A stretch of 63,916 nucleotides of DNA, filler included, from Porpidia crustulata (Eukaryota): NCBI GenBank assembly GCA_964255105.1. It is 3 parts of 3 records of this genome, joined end to end, with 100 filler letters (N's around TTAATTAATTAA, not from the genome) between each part and the next. Parts side by side here need not be neighbours in the genome. Positions count along the whole stretch, not along the records: positions 1 to 21,316 come from CAXUWE010000105.1; positions 21,417 to 42,677 come from CAXUWE010000106.1; 1 more part is not named here. One strand, 5' to 3'. Position 1 is the first letter of the stretch. Each line of letters opens with the position of its first letter. The notes under the pieces are model-generated. The model saw only the letters and a program-made list of their open reading frames with translations, was not told the DNA's origin and did no database searches. The position numbers and the translations under genes were made by a program. This document shows, one piece after another, positions 14,500 to 25,406 of the stretch.

Positions 14500-16383
14500 T
14501 CATAATTTTGCGGCAGGCCCAACGGAAGTTATCTCGTTGTACAAAAGACTGCAAAATTCATTAGCAATGTTATTTGGATTACTCTAGAATATTCTGGGAT
14601 TCTTGCCTTGTCAGGAAGTCAGCGTACGATTCTCCAGTGATCTGGCCGGTGAAGTACTGCGCAGCCAGGTGAAATTTATTCCCATTAGGCGCCTTAGAAG
14701 CTAGCTCGTCGGTCTGTTCCTTAAGAAGCTTCTGCGCGTAGGCTTTGTCGACCGTCTTTCCCTCCGCAGTCTTTACACCATGGCGGCACCATTGCCAGAG
14801 CTGGCTTCGACTGACCTCTGCGGTTGCAGCATCTTCCTGTAGATAGCATTGCTCGATTAGCTCAGTTGGTTCCCCTTTCTTTCTCGAGAAGTCTTACCAT
14901 GAGATAATTGATGGGGACACAGCCGATTCCCCTCAACCAGCCCTCCATGTACCCAAGACCAATGTTAAGGTTCTTGCGGATACCTTCCTCGGTGATCGTT
15001 CCGGGCATGTTCATGTTGAGTAAGTCGTTTCCGGTGACATGAACATCCTCTCTTCGCACAAACATCTGATTAGGAGTGGGCATGTGTTTATTGAAGACTT
15101 CAGACGCGATAGCTGCAAGAGCTGGATGTGCAACCCATGTGCCATCATGACCTGCGCGGGCTTCACGAAGCTTGTCTGAATAGACGTTTGCCATTGCGGC
15201 ATCGTTGGCTGTTTTGTCATCCTTGATAGGGATTTGAGCTGCCATACCACCCTACTCCACGTTAGTTGAGGTCGACAAATGTTGTATCTGTTTGGTTCAT
15301 CTACCATAGCATGAACGCCTCGTTTGTGGCAGGTTTGGATTAGAAGCTTGACATAGGCGTCCATGAATGGCACTGTCATGGTCACTGCGGACCGATCCGG
15401 TAGCACAAAATCCGGGTTTTGGCGGAATTTCTTGATTACGCTGAATATATAGTCCCATCTACCGCAATTAAGGCCTGCACTGTGATCACGAAGCTCATAG
15501 ATGATCTGACATTCATCAGCCAGTATTCACAAACAAGAGACATAAGTACCTCTTCCATTTCGAATGCAGCGAGAATGGTCTCGATTAGCACCGTCCCACG
15601 AATAGTCCCACGTGGCATTGCTATCGTGTCCTGTGCCAGATTGAAAACATCGTTCCAAAGGCGCGCTTCTAGATGCGATTCCATTTTAGGCAAGTAATAG
15701 TATGGGCCTGTCCCTCTTTTAACTAGCTCATGGGCGTTGTGGAAGAAGTAGAGGCCAAAGTCGAAGAGACTTCCGGAAATCGGTTCGCCATCGATAGTAA
15801 AGTGCTTCTCCTCCAGATGCCATCCTCGAGCTCGTGCAATGAGGGTAGGTAGTACCCGATCAGTGCGGAGTTTGTAGTCTTTCTCTCCTTGTTTGAAGTC
15901 GACCTGCTTCCGAATTGCATCATACAAATTGACCTGGCCATTGATCATGTTGTCCCAGGTCGGCGCACTGGAATCTAAAACATTCAATCAATTTCCACAT
16001 CAGTTGGTTGGGGTGAGCGTACCTTCAAAGTCGGCCATGTATGTCCAAACATTCGAGTTCAGAGCGTTCACAACCATCTTCCGATCCGTAGGACCTGTGA
16101 TCTCGACCCTCCTGTCTACCAGTCCTGGCGCTGGAGGAGCGCCTTTCCATGCGTCATTATCACGGACATGCTTGGTCTCTGGCAAGAAGTCTGGGAGAAC
16201 TCCTTTGTCAAGCTCGGCTTGGCGGATCATACGACGCTGCAGCAACTCTTTACGTCTGGCATTAAATGATCTGTGGAGAAGGGCAAGAAAAGCGGTGGCT
16301 TCTTTGCTCAATATCTTGCGGGTTTGGTCATTGAGAGGACCATGAATGGATACGCCTTCTATAATTGCTTCGATGTTTGACAT
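14500..16383 (-). CDS. MLS1: Malate synthase (glyoxylate cycle), 6 exons, PTS1 -AKL
   Basis: Motifs [86 protein letters not shown] and LMEDAATAE. Last exon [16 protein letters not shown]. Confidence 0.97.
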
Positions 16384-16605
16384 ATTGATAAGCTTGTCTT
16401 GAGCAGATTAACTAGAATACTGAGGAACGCAAGATGTGATGTAGTTACTAGGAAAAGTGTGGACGACCTAGCTATATACGTCAGAAAATAGTTCCAGCCT
16501 TCGAACCGATGACGAGAAAAATAAGAGAAAGTGTAGTAATTACCGTCTACTCAACCAGTAGTGCGAATCACATGCGGAGCAAAGTACCTCACGGATAAGT
16601 CAGGG

Positions 16606-17057
16606 CGGAAGAATGGAAGCAAAGCCGAGAAATTCTCTTGACTTGCGGGGAAGCTCCCATAAAGTCGATAGCAACTAGAGTAATGTGGGAAGCGACTATG
16701 TCTGGCATGTTCGTTGCAGATGAATATCCGACAGCACTCAGTAGATTATTCACCAACCAGCTGATTTCTTATGAGCATGTTGCTCCTATCTTTGAGGAAA
16801 GATTCAGAGTCCTCCAACATGTGAAACCGCTTGTTATCGATAACGGATCCGTGCCTCGGCTCGCACAGCCCTACTCTCCCTTTCTTGCCTAATTTCACTG
16901 AATTTCACCACAACCATTTCCCCTTTTTTTTGAACGGCGTGACCCCTTACCGATTAAGGCTGGTTGTGGATAGACTGTCCTTAAGTAAGAAAGCGCTCTT
17001 GATACTGATCCCCGGTTAGATCACGTGTTCTCGCTTAGCTTCTTGAACGGCCCGAGG
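16606..17057. promoter_or_regulatory. Candidate glyoxylate-cycle regulatory sites upstream of malate synthase: CSRE-like CGGAAGAATGGA (16606-16617), CreA-type GCGGGG (16645-16650), FarA/FarB-type CCTCGG (16854-16859) and CCGAGG (17052-17057)
   Basis: Direct motif matches 220-670 bp upstream of the ATG. The CSRE-like site differs by one base from CGGATGAATGG. The motifs are short, so support is contextual. Confidence 0.5.
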
Positions 17058-17333
17058 CGCCAGTGTCACCTGGTGGAGCAGGCACGTGATCCCGTCGACT
17101 GCAAGAAATACGAGTACCACTATGCCTTTTCAAGTTGATAGTCTCAATTTCAGTTCGGGGAGGGTAACATCAAACAGGAATTGATGCGAGCAGTAAGTTA
17201 AACAGTAGGCAATGCATGTTTACCTGCCCGTGGAGTTACAAATTGCGAGGGGCCTTTGGTATAGTCGAAGGCTGCTAGCGGCCAGGTTTATTTTACTGGG
17301 CGTTACCTTGTCAAGACAAAGAATATCCGCTCT

Positions 17334-19189
17334 CTATGTTGTATAGAGGAATCTTGGCGACTTATCACCCATTTCCACAATTTCTTCCTCTGGCAGATTC
17401 CTTATACTGTCGTCTTCTGTGCCGTCTCGTCTGCGTGCATTTTTCCTAGCGAAGATCCACCACATGGATCCATATATAAGGGTAGCCATGGAAACCATAC
17501 TCAAGGTCACCGCGTGGCCCTTGACGTATCTTGGTCCTTCTGTACTTGGGTAGAGCTAGATTGCAGCCTTCAGTGACATTGCGCTCGAGCAGTGGTAGTA
17601 CGCTTGAATGAATCTGACTTACAAATGGTGCCATGATACCGCTGGTGTTCCCAATCGTCAATTGCAGTCCTATGGCTGTTGTTCTTTTTCCATAACGAGG
17701 TTGATTAGAGGGAAGCCATGCTAGTGGGAGCCCTACAATGACATATAGCCCGAGCGCCACTAGGAAGCAACCGACTGCAAATTATATATCGTTAGCGTTC
17801 CTCTAACACAATTTTGAAATGCGTGTCTCGATTAGTTCTCGTACGAGAATAACTTCCAAGTCTGCTTTCTCTCCAGAACCCGGAGGATCAATTCGAAATA
17901 TGTACCTACAGTATCGGACGCCCATACCAGAATTTGTTATTAGTATACCGTAGCCAACTACTGATATTACTCCAAATACAACTGTATAAAGACCACGTCT
18001 CTGCTGAGAGTCCGAGACGCGGGCAATGACAATATATGTGATTGCTCCAAGGCAGTAGCACGGTATAGTAAGCGCCTGGGCCTGCGCTGATGTCCAATGG
18101 CCCAACGCTTTGATAATCGTGGGCAAGAAGGTACTGTAGCCATACAACATAGTGTCTCCACCAAACTGTCCAATGCAAAAAGCATAAACTTTCCAGTCTC
18201 TCAATCCGAGATACATATCCTTCTTGTGGAACTCCCGGGCCGATTTGGTTTGGCCGATTTCCCTTTGTCGCCGCAGCTCTACTAGTTCTTTGTCTTTGAA
18301 AGAGAGATAAGTGGCATGCTCTGGATCATCTGCAAGGAGGAAGAATGTCCCGACACCTAGGATAATTGTTGGAAGGCCTTCAATGATAAGAATCCAGCGC
18401 CAGCCACGTTGGCCAGCAACGCCGTCCATGAAACCTATGGCATACCCTAAGAGACCGCCAAAGGCGCCGGCAATTGCGGAACTCACAAAAAGATAGCCGA
18501 TTCTAAGAGCAAGCTCGCGCTTGGTGTAGAAAAGCGTGAGATATACTGCAAGACCTGCAAGCCGCAATGATCTCAGTGTTGAGGTCTGTCGGCCCGCATT
18601 AGGATGGCTTCATCATAAGTACTAACCTGGAAATAGCCCGCCTTCTACTGCACCGAGTAGTAAACGACAAGTCACGAGTCCGCCATAACTTCGCGTAATG
18701 CCGGTCAACGTTGCGATGATACCCCACGAGCTTTGCGTGTCAGTTATCTTGAGGTATGCTTAGATACAGCTACTGACGTAGTAACGAAAGAGATCCAACG
18801 CGAAGGAGTGAATTTCTTTAGCACGAGATTGCTAGGAAGCTCTGATAGAATGTAGGTCACGAAAAGGAGAGATACGGCCGTTTGATATTGGTTTCCCTTT
18901 AGGCCTAGATCTTTTTCTATGCCATATAATCGGGCGTTGCCAATGTTTACCCTTGTGGTACGTTAGCACCATGTACATAACTTTACATGATAAAGAGGAT
19001 CTTTTGCCGATCAAGAAAAGAAAACAGGTATAGCAGCATCACGATAGGGACTATATGCCTATCAAGTTTCCTCACAAGTTCCGTTTCTGCAATATGATCA
19101 ATATCCACTAAAGTGTCGGATACATCCTTCCGTGGCAACGTTTTCAACGCAAGGCGACTTTGGAGATCAGCAATGGGCATATCCGCCAT
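17334..19189 (-). CDS. MFS transporter, anion:cation symporter family (Tna1/Dal5-like), 6 exons
   Basis: LVRKLDRHIVP, FLDR|VNIGNARLYG, ELPSNLVLKKF, YLTLFYTKRELALRIGY, GWRWILIIEGLPT, FLPTIIK, AWLPSNQPRYGKR, C-terminal GDKSPRFLYTT*. Confidence 0.92.
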
Positions 19190-19633
19190 GTTGAAGTACG
19201 AATATACGAATATTTCGGGTGGGTGGATGGTTCACTGGCTTGAGTTTGCCACCTAAGATAGGCCAGACCAATTTTAGTTCATACCTTCGGGTTATCTACT
19301 CTTTCTCACCCCTCATCGGACCACACTCCTCAACGGACCACCTCGACAAGGTTAGCATACATGACCCTAACCCTAGGCGTGGTGGTCCGATGAGTGTGGT
19401 CTGATTATGTTGTAATCATGTCGTTTTACAAACTTAAATTTTCATCTTTTTGTACGTTAACGCATATCTGATCAAAATAATAAATTGCGAAATCAGACGT
19501 GTCGCTTTCATGCTGCGTAATCAGCAAGATTAGTTCGAAGAAACTTAACAAAGCGATAATTAACTCGAAGAAGCTTAACGATCACGTCTGAGAACTGAGA
19601 CAATCTAATAGAATCAAAAAAAAAGATTTTTAC

Positions 19634-20224
19634 TTAGATGTTTCGCATCTGCACAGCTAAATACTTTTGTCGCGTAGATGACGAGCCCATGGTCTCTGGC
19701 ACAATGATCTGTCCACCGGTATTGGGCAAGCCCCGTATCATCCTTCTATCCCTACATGTCGTGAGTACCTTGCGGCCAAGATAAACGAGTTCTGCCAGTG
19801 TAATAGTGGCAGGACTAGTTATGGTTGGGGGCAGAATTGCCATTTCGCAGAGATTGGCTTTCCATCGGTACGGACCATGATAGCTTCCGGCTGGGCCAAT
19901 GGTGTAGGGGCTTCTAAAATTTCCCTTATTCCTGATTAGATCAAAGACCAGGCTACAGTCATGTTCTCTAATCTCCATATATGAGGTATCTTCGAAGCAT
20001 TGAACCTCAGTAAGTGCCGTGAGATTGTTCGTTACCTTGAACAGCTCGTGGGCGTGGAATGCGGTAGGTTTTTTATTGGCTTTGGAAGTCGGGTCGTCGC
20101 GTTTTTGGGAGTTCGTAGACAGATCGACAGACCCTATGTGGTATGCAATGGCCAAAGCACTTGACAGTAGAATAAATAAGAGGCTGAAACCGAGATATCT
20201 AAAATGGGTCATATTGCGGCGCAT
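19634..20224 (-). CDS. Small secreted protein (signal peptide, KR processing site, 4 Cys)
   Basis: Intronless 196-aa ORF. Hydrophobic N-terminus FRYLGFSLLFILLSSALA, then NSQKR, then a compact domain VQCF..DCSLVF..RWKANLCEM..TTCR..GGQIIV. Confidence 0.7.
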   Translation of the reverse strand: MRRNMTHFRYLGFSLLFILLSSALAIAYHIGSVDLSTNSQKRDDPTSKANKKPTAFHAHELFKVTNNLTALTEVQCFEDTSYMEIREHDCSLVFDLIRNKGNFRSPYTIGPAGSYHGPYRWKANLCEMAILPPTITSPATITLAELVYLGRKVLTTCRDRRMIRGLPNTGGQIIVPETMGSSSTRQKYLAVQMRNI

Positions 20225-21316
20225 TCGTGAGAGAATGTGTGATCGGCCACAACAAGAATTCGTGTGATTTGAATGTTCGAGCTAACAATCTTTATGTACT
20301 GTCTTCGTTACAGGTGTTTGTCTGCGTTGAATGTTAAGATATGATTTAGAAATACACAAACCGGGCCAGCTTATTGCGCCTGTGGCGCAAAATTTGATGT
20401 TAGGAATTTGCCCTACTGTTAATAAGAGAACCATTGCTTGATGCTGGCTTCTTGCAATTTCTTCCTGCTTTCTTGAAACCTGGATTTAAATCTATGATGT
20501 AGCGGATCTTGCCAAGTGTCGTCCGAATAGACGTGTACATTGTCGGGTTCAGCGCATATGCAGTTTCGATCAAGTCGCGTCGCATCCACTGTAGATAAAG
20601 GCGCTTTATGCCTGCACGTAGGCGAAGCAGATCTATAGGCTCTATCCTTGACAAATGGGAAGCTCAGTTTGAGGACCGAATTTTGAAGCCCTCGCACTAC
20701 TCCAATGCTATAGCATAATTCTTCAGTCGCTTAGGCTCAGGCGCAATGAAATATTGACCTAGCTTGAGGAATTCCATCCAGATATTTGGAGGGCGAAGAG
20801 CAGCCATAAGTGCTTGACTTGCCTATGCGTTTGTAAATCTGGTAATGATCGGAAGTAATGCATATGAGAAAGAGAAACCTCAACGATAACAGATGTGGAG
20901 GCGCTACCTCCGGTCAGTCATAAAAGTAGTTCCTCACAAACTAATCGACAAGATATTGGTCTGTTTATCAGACATTCGCTCCGGACGTTATAATGGTCGA
21001 TATGACATAGAAGGATGGCGTTTGCTGGAACCTTGAGTCTGTCACTGATTTGTCATATGAATCGTTGATATCTTGAACGGCGACCTTATCTCTCGACATT
21101 TGCTCCTAGCAGATGAGAAATCGAGCAGAGTGCAATACCAGTCAAAATTCGATGTCCACTCATTACTTCGAGTCGCCCCTCACGAATTATTGAAAGTATG
21201 ATACAAGTAATAATGAGTCTGATACGATAGCGGAACCGGTAACGATATTTCACCATAAGTGGTAGGACTGTTCAATGATATGAAGCATAGTACGAGATAG
21301 CGGCAGCGAATACAGA

Positions 21317-21416
21317 NNNNNNNNNNNNNNNNNNNNNNNNNNNNNNNNNNNNNNNNNNNNTTAATTAATTAANNNNNNNNNNNNNNNNNNNNNNNNNNNN
21401 NNNNNNNNNNNNNNNN
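21317..21416. other. Artificial contig linker (44 N + TTAATTAATTAA + 44 N)
   Basis: 100-bp N run with a central TTAATTAATTAA that gives stop codons in all six frames; identical to 42678-42777. Confidence 0.98.
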
Positions 21417-22188
21417 CATTTAAACCCACAATCCCCCTGCCTCGTATGCGTCCCATGGTCAAAATCCCGCGCAAACCCACAATGATGCGGCTGATCATTG
21501 CTCCCCCAGCTCTGATCCCCGTACTCAAACAACACCGGCGACCCGTCAGCGGGCCCCGTACGCACCACCATCACCAACGGCAACCAACTGTAACGTCGAC
21601 CCCCACGTTCGTCGGCGCATCCGCTCCGTCTAATCCACCAATCTTCGCGCCCAAATGGTCGAAGAGCGTGATGTCTAACTTGTAGTTGTCCTTGGCCGGG
21701 TTGGGCTTTTGATGCTACACAACGTGAATGCCGCACCACCCCGGCGTGAACCCTCCGCCCACGGGAGCCCCGCTCTTATCCACGTCCTCGGTGGCACTGC
21801 AACCGCTGTGCCCACCCTTGCCGTTGTTATTGCATGTGGCTCTGTATCCCGAGTCGTCGCTGAGCGTCCATACGCCCTTTTCCATGACTGCGGTGGCGCC
21901 AGGGGCGTCGCACCAGCCCGGACCGGATAGCTTGACGGGGCCGACCTTTTCCCAGAGGCAGGAGCCGGCGGTGTCGGAGAGTCCGGTGCAGGGTTGGGAG
22001 TCTATGTTCACGATGACGTAGGGAGAAATGCCGGCGCCGACGGCTCCGACAGGGACCTTGGCCTGAGGGTTGGGAGAGCGGGCGAGACGATTTTTGCGGA
22101 CGATTGCTTCGAAACATTGGATGTTGTGGGCTGCGATGAGGATTGGGATGAGGGTGAGGACGAAGGTGAGGAACAGGCTGAAGTGCAT
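21417..22188 (-). pseudogene. Secreted Cys-rich protein gene with in-frame TAG (21715-21717) and a 1-nt frameshift (about 21592); runs to the contig end
   Basis: Signal peptide MHFSLFLTFVLTLIPILIAA. Reading past the stop gives GWCGIHVV*HQKPNPAKDNYKLDITLFD..DAPTNVGVDV, and after the frameshift YSWLPLVMVV..VLFEYGDQSWGSNDQPHHC..RQGDCGFK. This reads as one continuous domain. Confidence 0.75.
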
Positions 22189-23774
22189 GGTGGTTGCGGA
22201 AGAGGTTATTCTTTTAGCCGTAGTAATTGAAGTATGAGTAGAATACAGTTACGTCTCGTTGGATTTTTGAAGGTCTGGAAAGAATTGATGAAAGGAGGCT
22301 GACGGGTGGAAGCCGATATGAAGAGATCCAGGAACGAGGGTTATTTGACTTGGGGAAGAGAACGTCTCAATTATCTCTTTATGCTGAACGGTATTGCGTT
22401 CTAACGATCCATCCAACATGGTTGGTCATTCTTCCGCATGCTTAGGATGGTAGTCGTCGTTGGTCTTACCATCTGCACCCTTCCCCTTAGAAATTAAGGC
22501 AGAATTTGCTCCAAGTATCGGCTAATATCATAGCGCTTGAATTTCTTTCAACGTCGACAACTCGAAGTCCTGCCCTAGACCCTAAAAAACGGGATGAAAC
22601 CCTATTTTAGGGTTGACTCAACCTTGGGGTTGGCGCGAAGGATTCCTAGGGTTATGGCGCAGCATCGCAATTGTTTCGAAACGCTTCTTGCGCCCAACAG
22701 ACTGCTTAGGGTAAATCTCTTATAATTTCTTCACGAAATCGAAAGGCGTCATTTCGCTCATCTCCGAGCGCTAGCACTTCTTGGTGGATCATGAAACATG
22801 ACAGGCGCTGGAGCGGTTGTTACAAGGCTGTGGTCGAACTCTTGTAATGCTTATCATGACTTCCACGAGAATATGAATGAAACCTAGAGGCGCAAAGGTG
22901 TTGGATTGAGAGCCCGGACGAGAATTGAGACAGAAACCATTGTTGGTGATTTTCCGCGCAAGACTATTGGGTAACCTCCTGAGCCTGAGCCCCTCTATGT
23001 AGACGGCCAGTATACGGTTGTGATGATATCACATGTTATTCAGTTGGCTCCTTCTGGGATGCTGGAGTGTAGATATGAAAGGCTGCACGTCGTATCATTC
23101 CCTAGTCCCCAGTAGATCTTCTCCTATATGATTTCGTCATAAGAGCGTTCCACAAAGCTTTGACGTCTTACCAAGCAATCCTGAATCTGTTGCCGTTTAG
23201 TCGGTTTCCATGTAACAAAGATTCGGGGATCTCCAATGCCGCACGCAAAGCCGGGGTGGTCGGAGATCCGGTGAACTGGCTGTTTTTTTATTTCTTCATT
23301 TTTACGTGCTTATGCAGCCTAGGGCTATGAAGCACGGTGGTGAACTGGCTATATCGAGTATCTTCACAGAGGAGAAGCTAAAAGTTACTGCCAGGTCCGC
23401 AGCTCTTCCGGGTCTCCTGTTAGATGGCACTCTTGCAGAAGCTAAAAGTCAATTTCGAAGTCGACTTGGCATAAAAAACCAAGCCCAGACCTTTGGACCA
23501 TGGTTGTGCTTATTAATCACGTCGTTTTGGCTTAGGCTCGGAGGACTGAATTTGGATGGCATCTTAAGAAGGCATCGCCCATCTACAATACGATATGCTG
23601 TTAAGCTTCTGAGGGCAATCTAGCGAGATTTGACTTACCCTGTTTGACAGTACCGACGCGTTAGCGCCGTTCCATTGAGACTCAGTAAATTGATACCATG
23701 ATCCCTCCAGGGTTTCTTTCAGTATCCACCAGATGACCATTGGTTGTTCTAAATTGGGTACAAATTCTGTTATC

Positions 23775-24740
23775 TCAAGGTCCAGGGCCTGATAAAGTGA
23801 CCTGGTAATACAAAGCCGCCAACGCAATTTGTGCTTTGCCACGTAAGTTCTCCACGCTGTACTATATCACTGGATTCACTCACCGGCAACGAGTGTCAAC
23901 ACAAAACCCATCACCGTGAATACCGTCTGCAAATCTCCGCCTTTGAGGCACCAGACAATCGAACCGGTAATGATGCCTATGGTAGCTAGTATTGCAACAG
24001 CCGCAAGTTTATCTGCCCAAAGACCTTCTACGAATTCAAGGCCATTCGGTCTTTGATCGTTGCTGTCAAAATCTAAAAACCAATCCACCCATAGATCTAG
24101 ATTTCTCCCACTTAGCAAGTTTCTTTGAATATGTACATTGAAGGAACAATAGCGATGAGCACTGGGGTAGCTATACTCGAATCATGTGCAGAAGCTTATG
24201 TAGGGTTCAAGAAAAAAAGTTCAATGATAGAAAGGGTCTACTTACGGCCGGGCCGCAGACGGTCTGGATGATGATATGCGTGCATAAACGTTTTCGAATC
24301 GGGAAAATCCTTGGGGTCAGTGCGAACTGGGACACCATTAGGCGTATACTGCAATCTTACAGTCAGTCTACTCTGTTCATGCCAGCAGAGTATTTCTTGC
24401 ATGATGAGTAGCCTACCCCAATAGGCACAATGCTCTTCACTTTCTTAAACCCAAATATCCGTCTCCATGGTTTCTGCAAATCCATGCGAAAGGTGTCTCG
24501 AATATCTTCCCAGAGCTCCCTATCATTGATCCTGTTCGGGTCAAATTTGATAGGTTTCGTTGACCAGTTGTGCGCAGAATTATGGAAGACACATAACAGA
24601 AGCGTCACTTCATGTTTTCTGGACTTTTCGCGGGGCAGCGAGTAGCCTCTGTTCCGTGATCTGTCACGACGTCTAGCGGAGGATTGGTGGGTGCCTGGTG
24701 GCCGTGGTATGGGTGGGGAATTTTCGCGACTTCTTTCCAT
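23775..24740 (-). CDS. Hypothetical membrane protein, 4 exons, two C-terminal TM helices
   Basis: GT-AG introns join KSIVPIG|YTPNGVP..RLRPG|HLWVDWF..GLEFVEGLWADKLAAVAILAT..GGDLQTVFTVMGFVLTLVA|AQIALAALYYQVTLSGPGP* in frame. Confidence 0.75.
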
Positions 24741-25406
24741 TGCGCATGCAGATTGATACTGTAACTAGTTGAAGAATGGAGCTGCGCAGCATTCTCCATC
24801 CGGTTTGTTTCACAGGTTCTTCATCCACCAATCCATTGTTGTTACGGAAGATGTAAACACAGGTGGTTGGCGGCACGAGCTGACGGTTCATTGCATGACT
24901 AAGTTCTCTACCGAAACCAGAAGTCCCGACTCGCCCACTCCTCCTTGATATCAACAACCAAACTTCCAACCACGAATCTATTAGGCTGGAATGATACACC
25001 TACAATTGGCTCTCGATTTCGAAGTCATAGGGAAAATATGACCGCGGTGCTTGCGACCATCTAGGACTGTCTTGTAGTAGTTAGAATCGTCCTGATCGCA
25101 CTCCATTCATCGATTGGGAGGGTTGATGGATGGCTTGTTTGTGATGGTTACCGGATTGAGGAGTGAGGGAGCCGATTGGGGTTTGGACCATTAATGCAAG
25201 AGAGATGAGTGTAGAGTATGCTTTAGAGTTAAGGCTCAAAATTCTTTCCGATGACATTCTACTTGGTTGATTCAAGAATCACGATTCATAGTTGTTAGCT
25301 GCTACATCTATCGAAAAAGGGGGTATCACGGTCGCTTCTACAATACGGTCCCACGCCAAAATATCCTTCAGGGTGTCGTATTTTCAAGTAATACAGAGAA
25401 GATGAG

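Noticed and set aside
19529..19580. Imperfect 22-bp direct repeat (ATTAGTTCGAAGAAACTTAACA / ATTAACTCGAAGAAGCTTAACG)
   Set aside because: Only two copies with an 8-bp gap; a local duplication, not a CRISPR-like or array structure.
21361..21372. TTAATTAATTAA palindrome as a biological element
   Set aside because: It is embedded in Ns and repeated exactly at 42722-42733; a synthetic six-frame-stop spacer.
19634..22188. Apparent cluster of two small secreted-protein genes
   Set aside because: They lie on different contigs on either side of an artificial linker.
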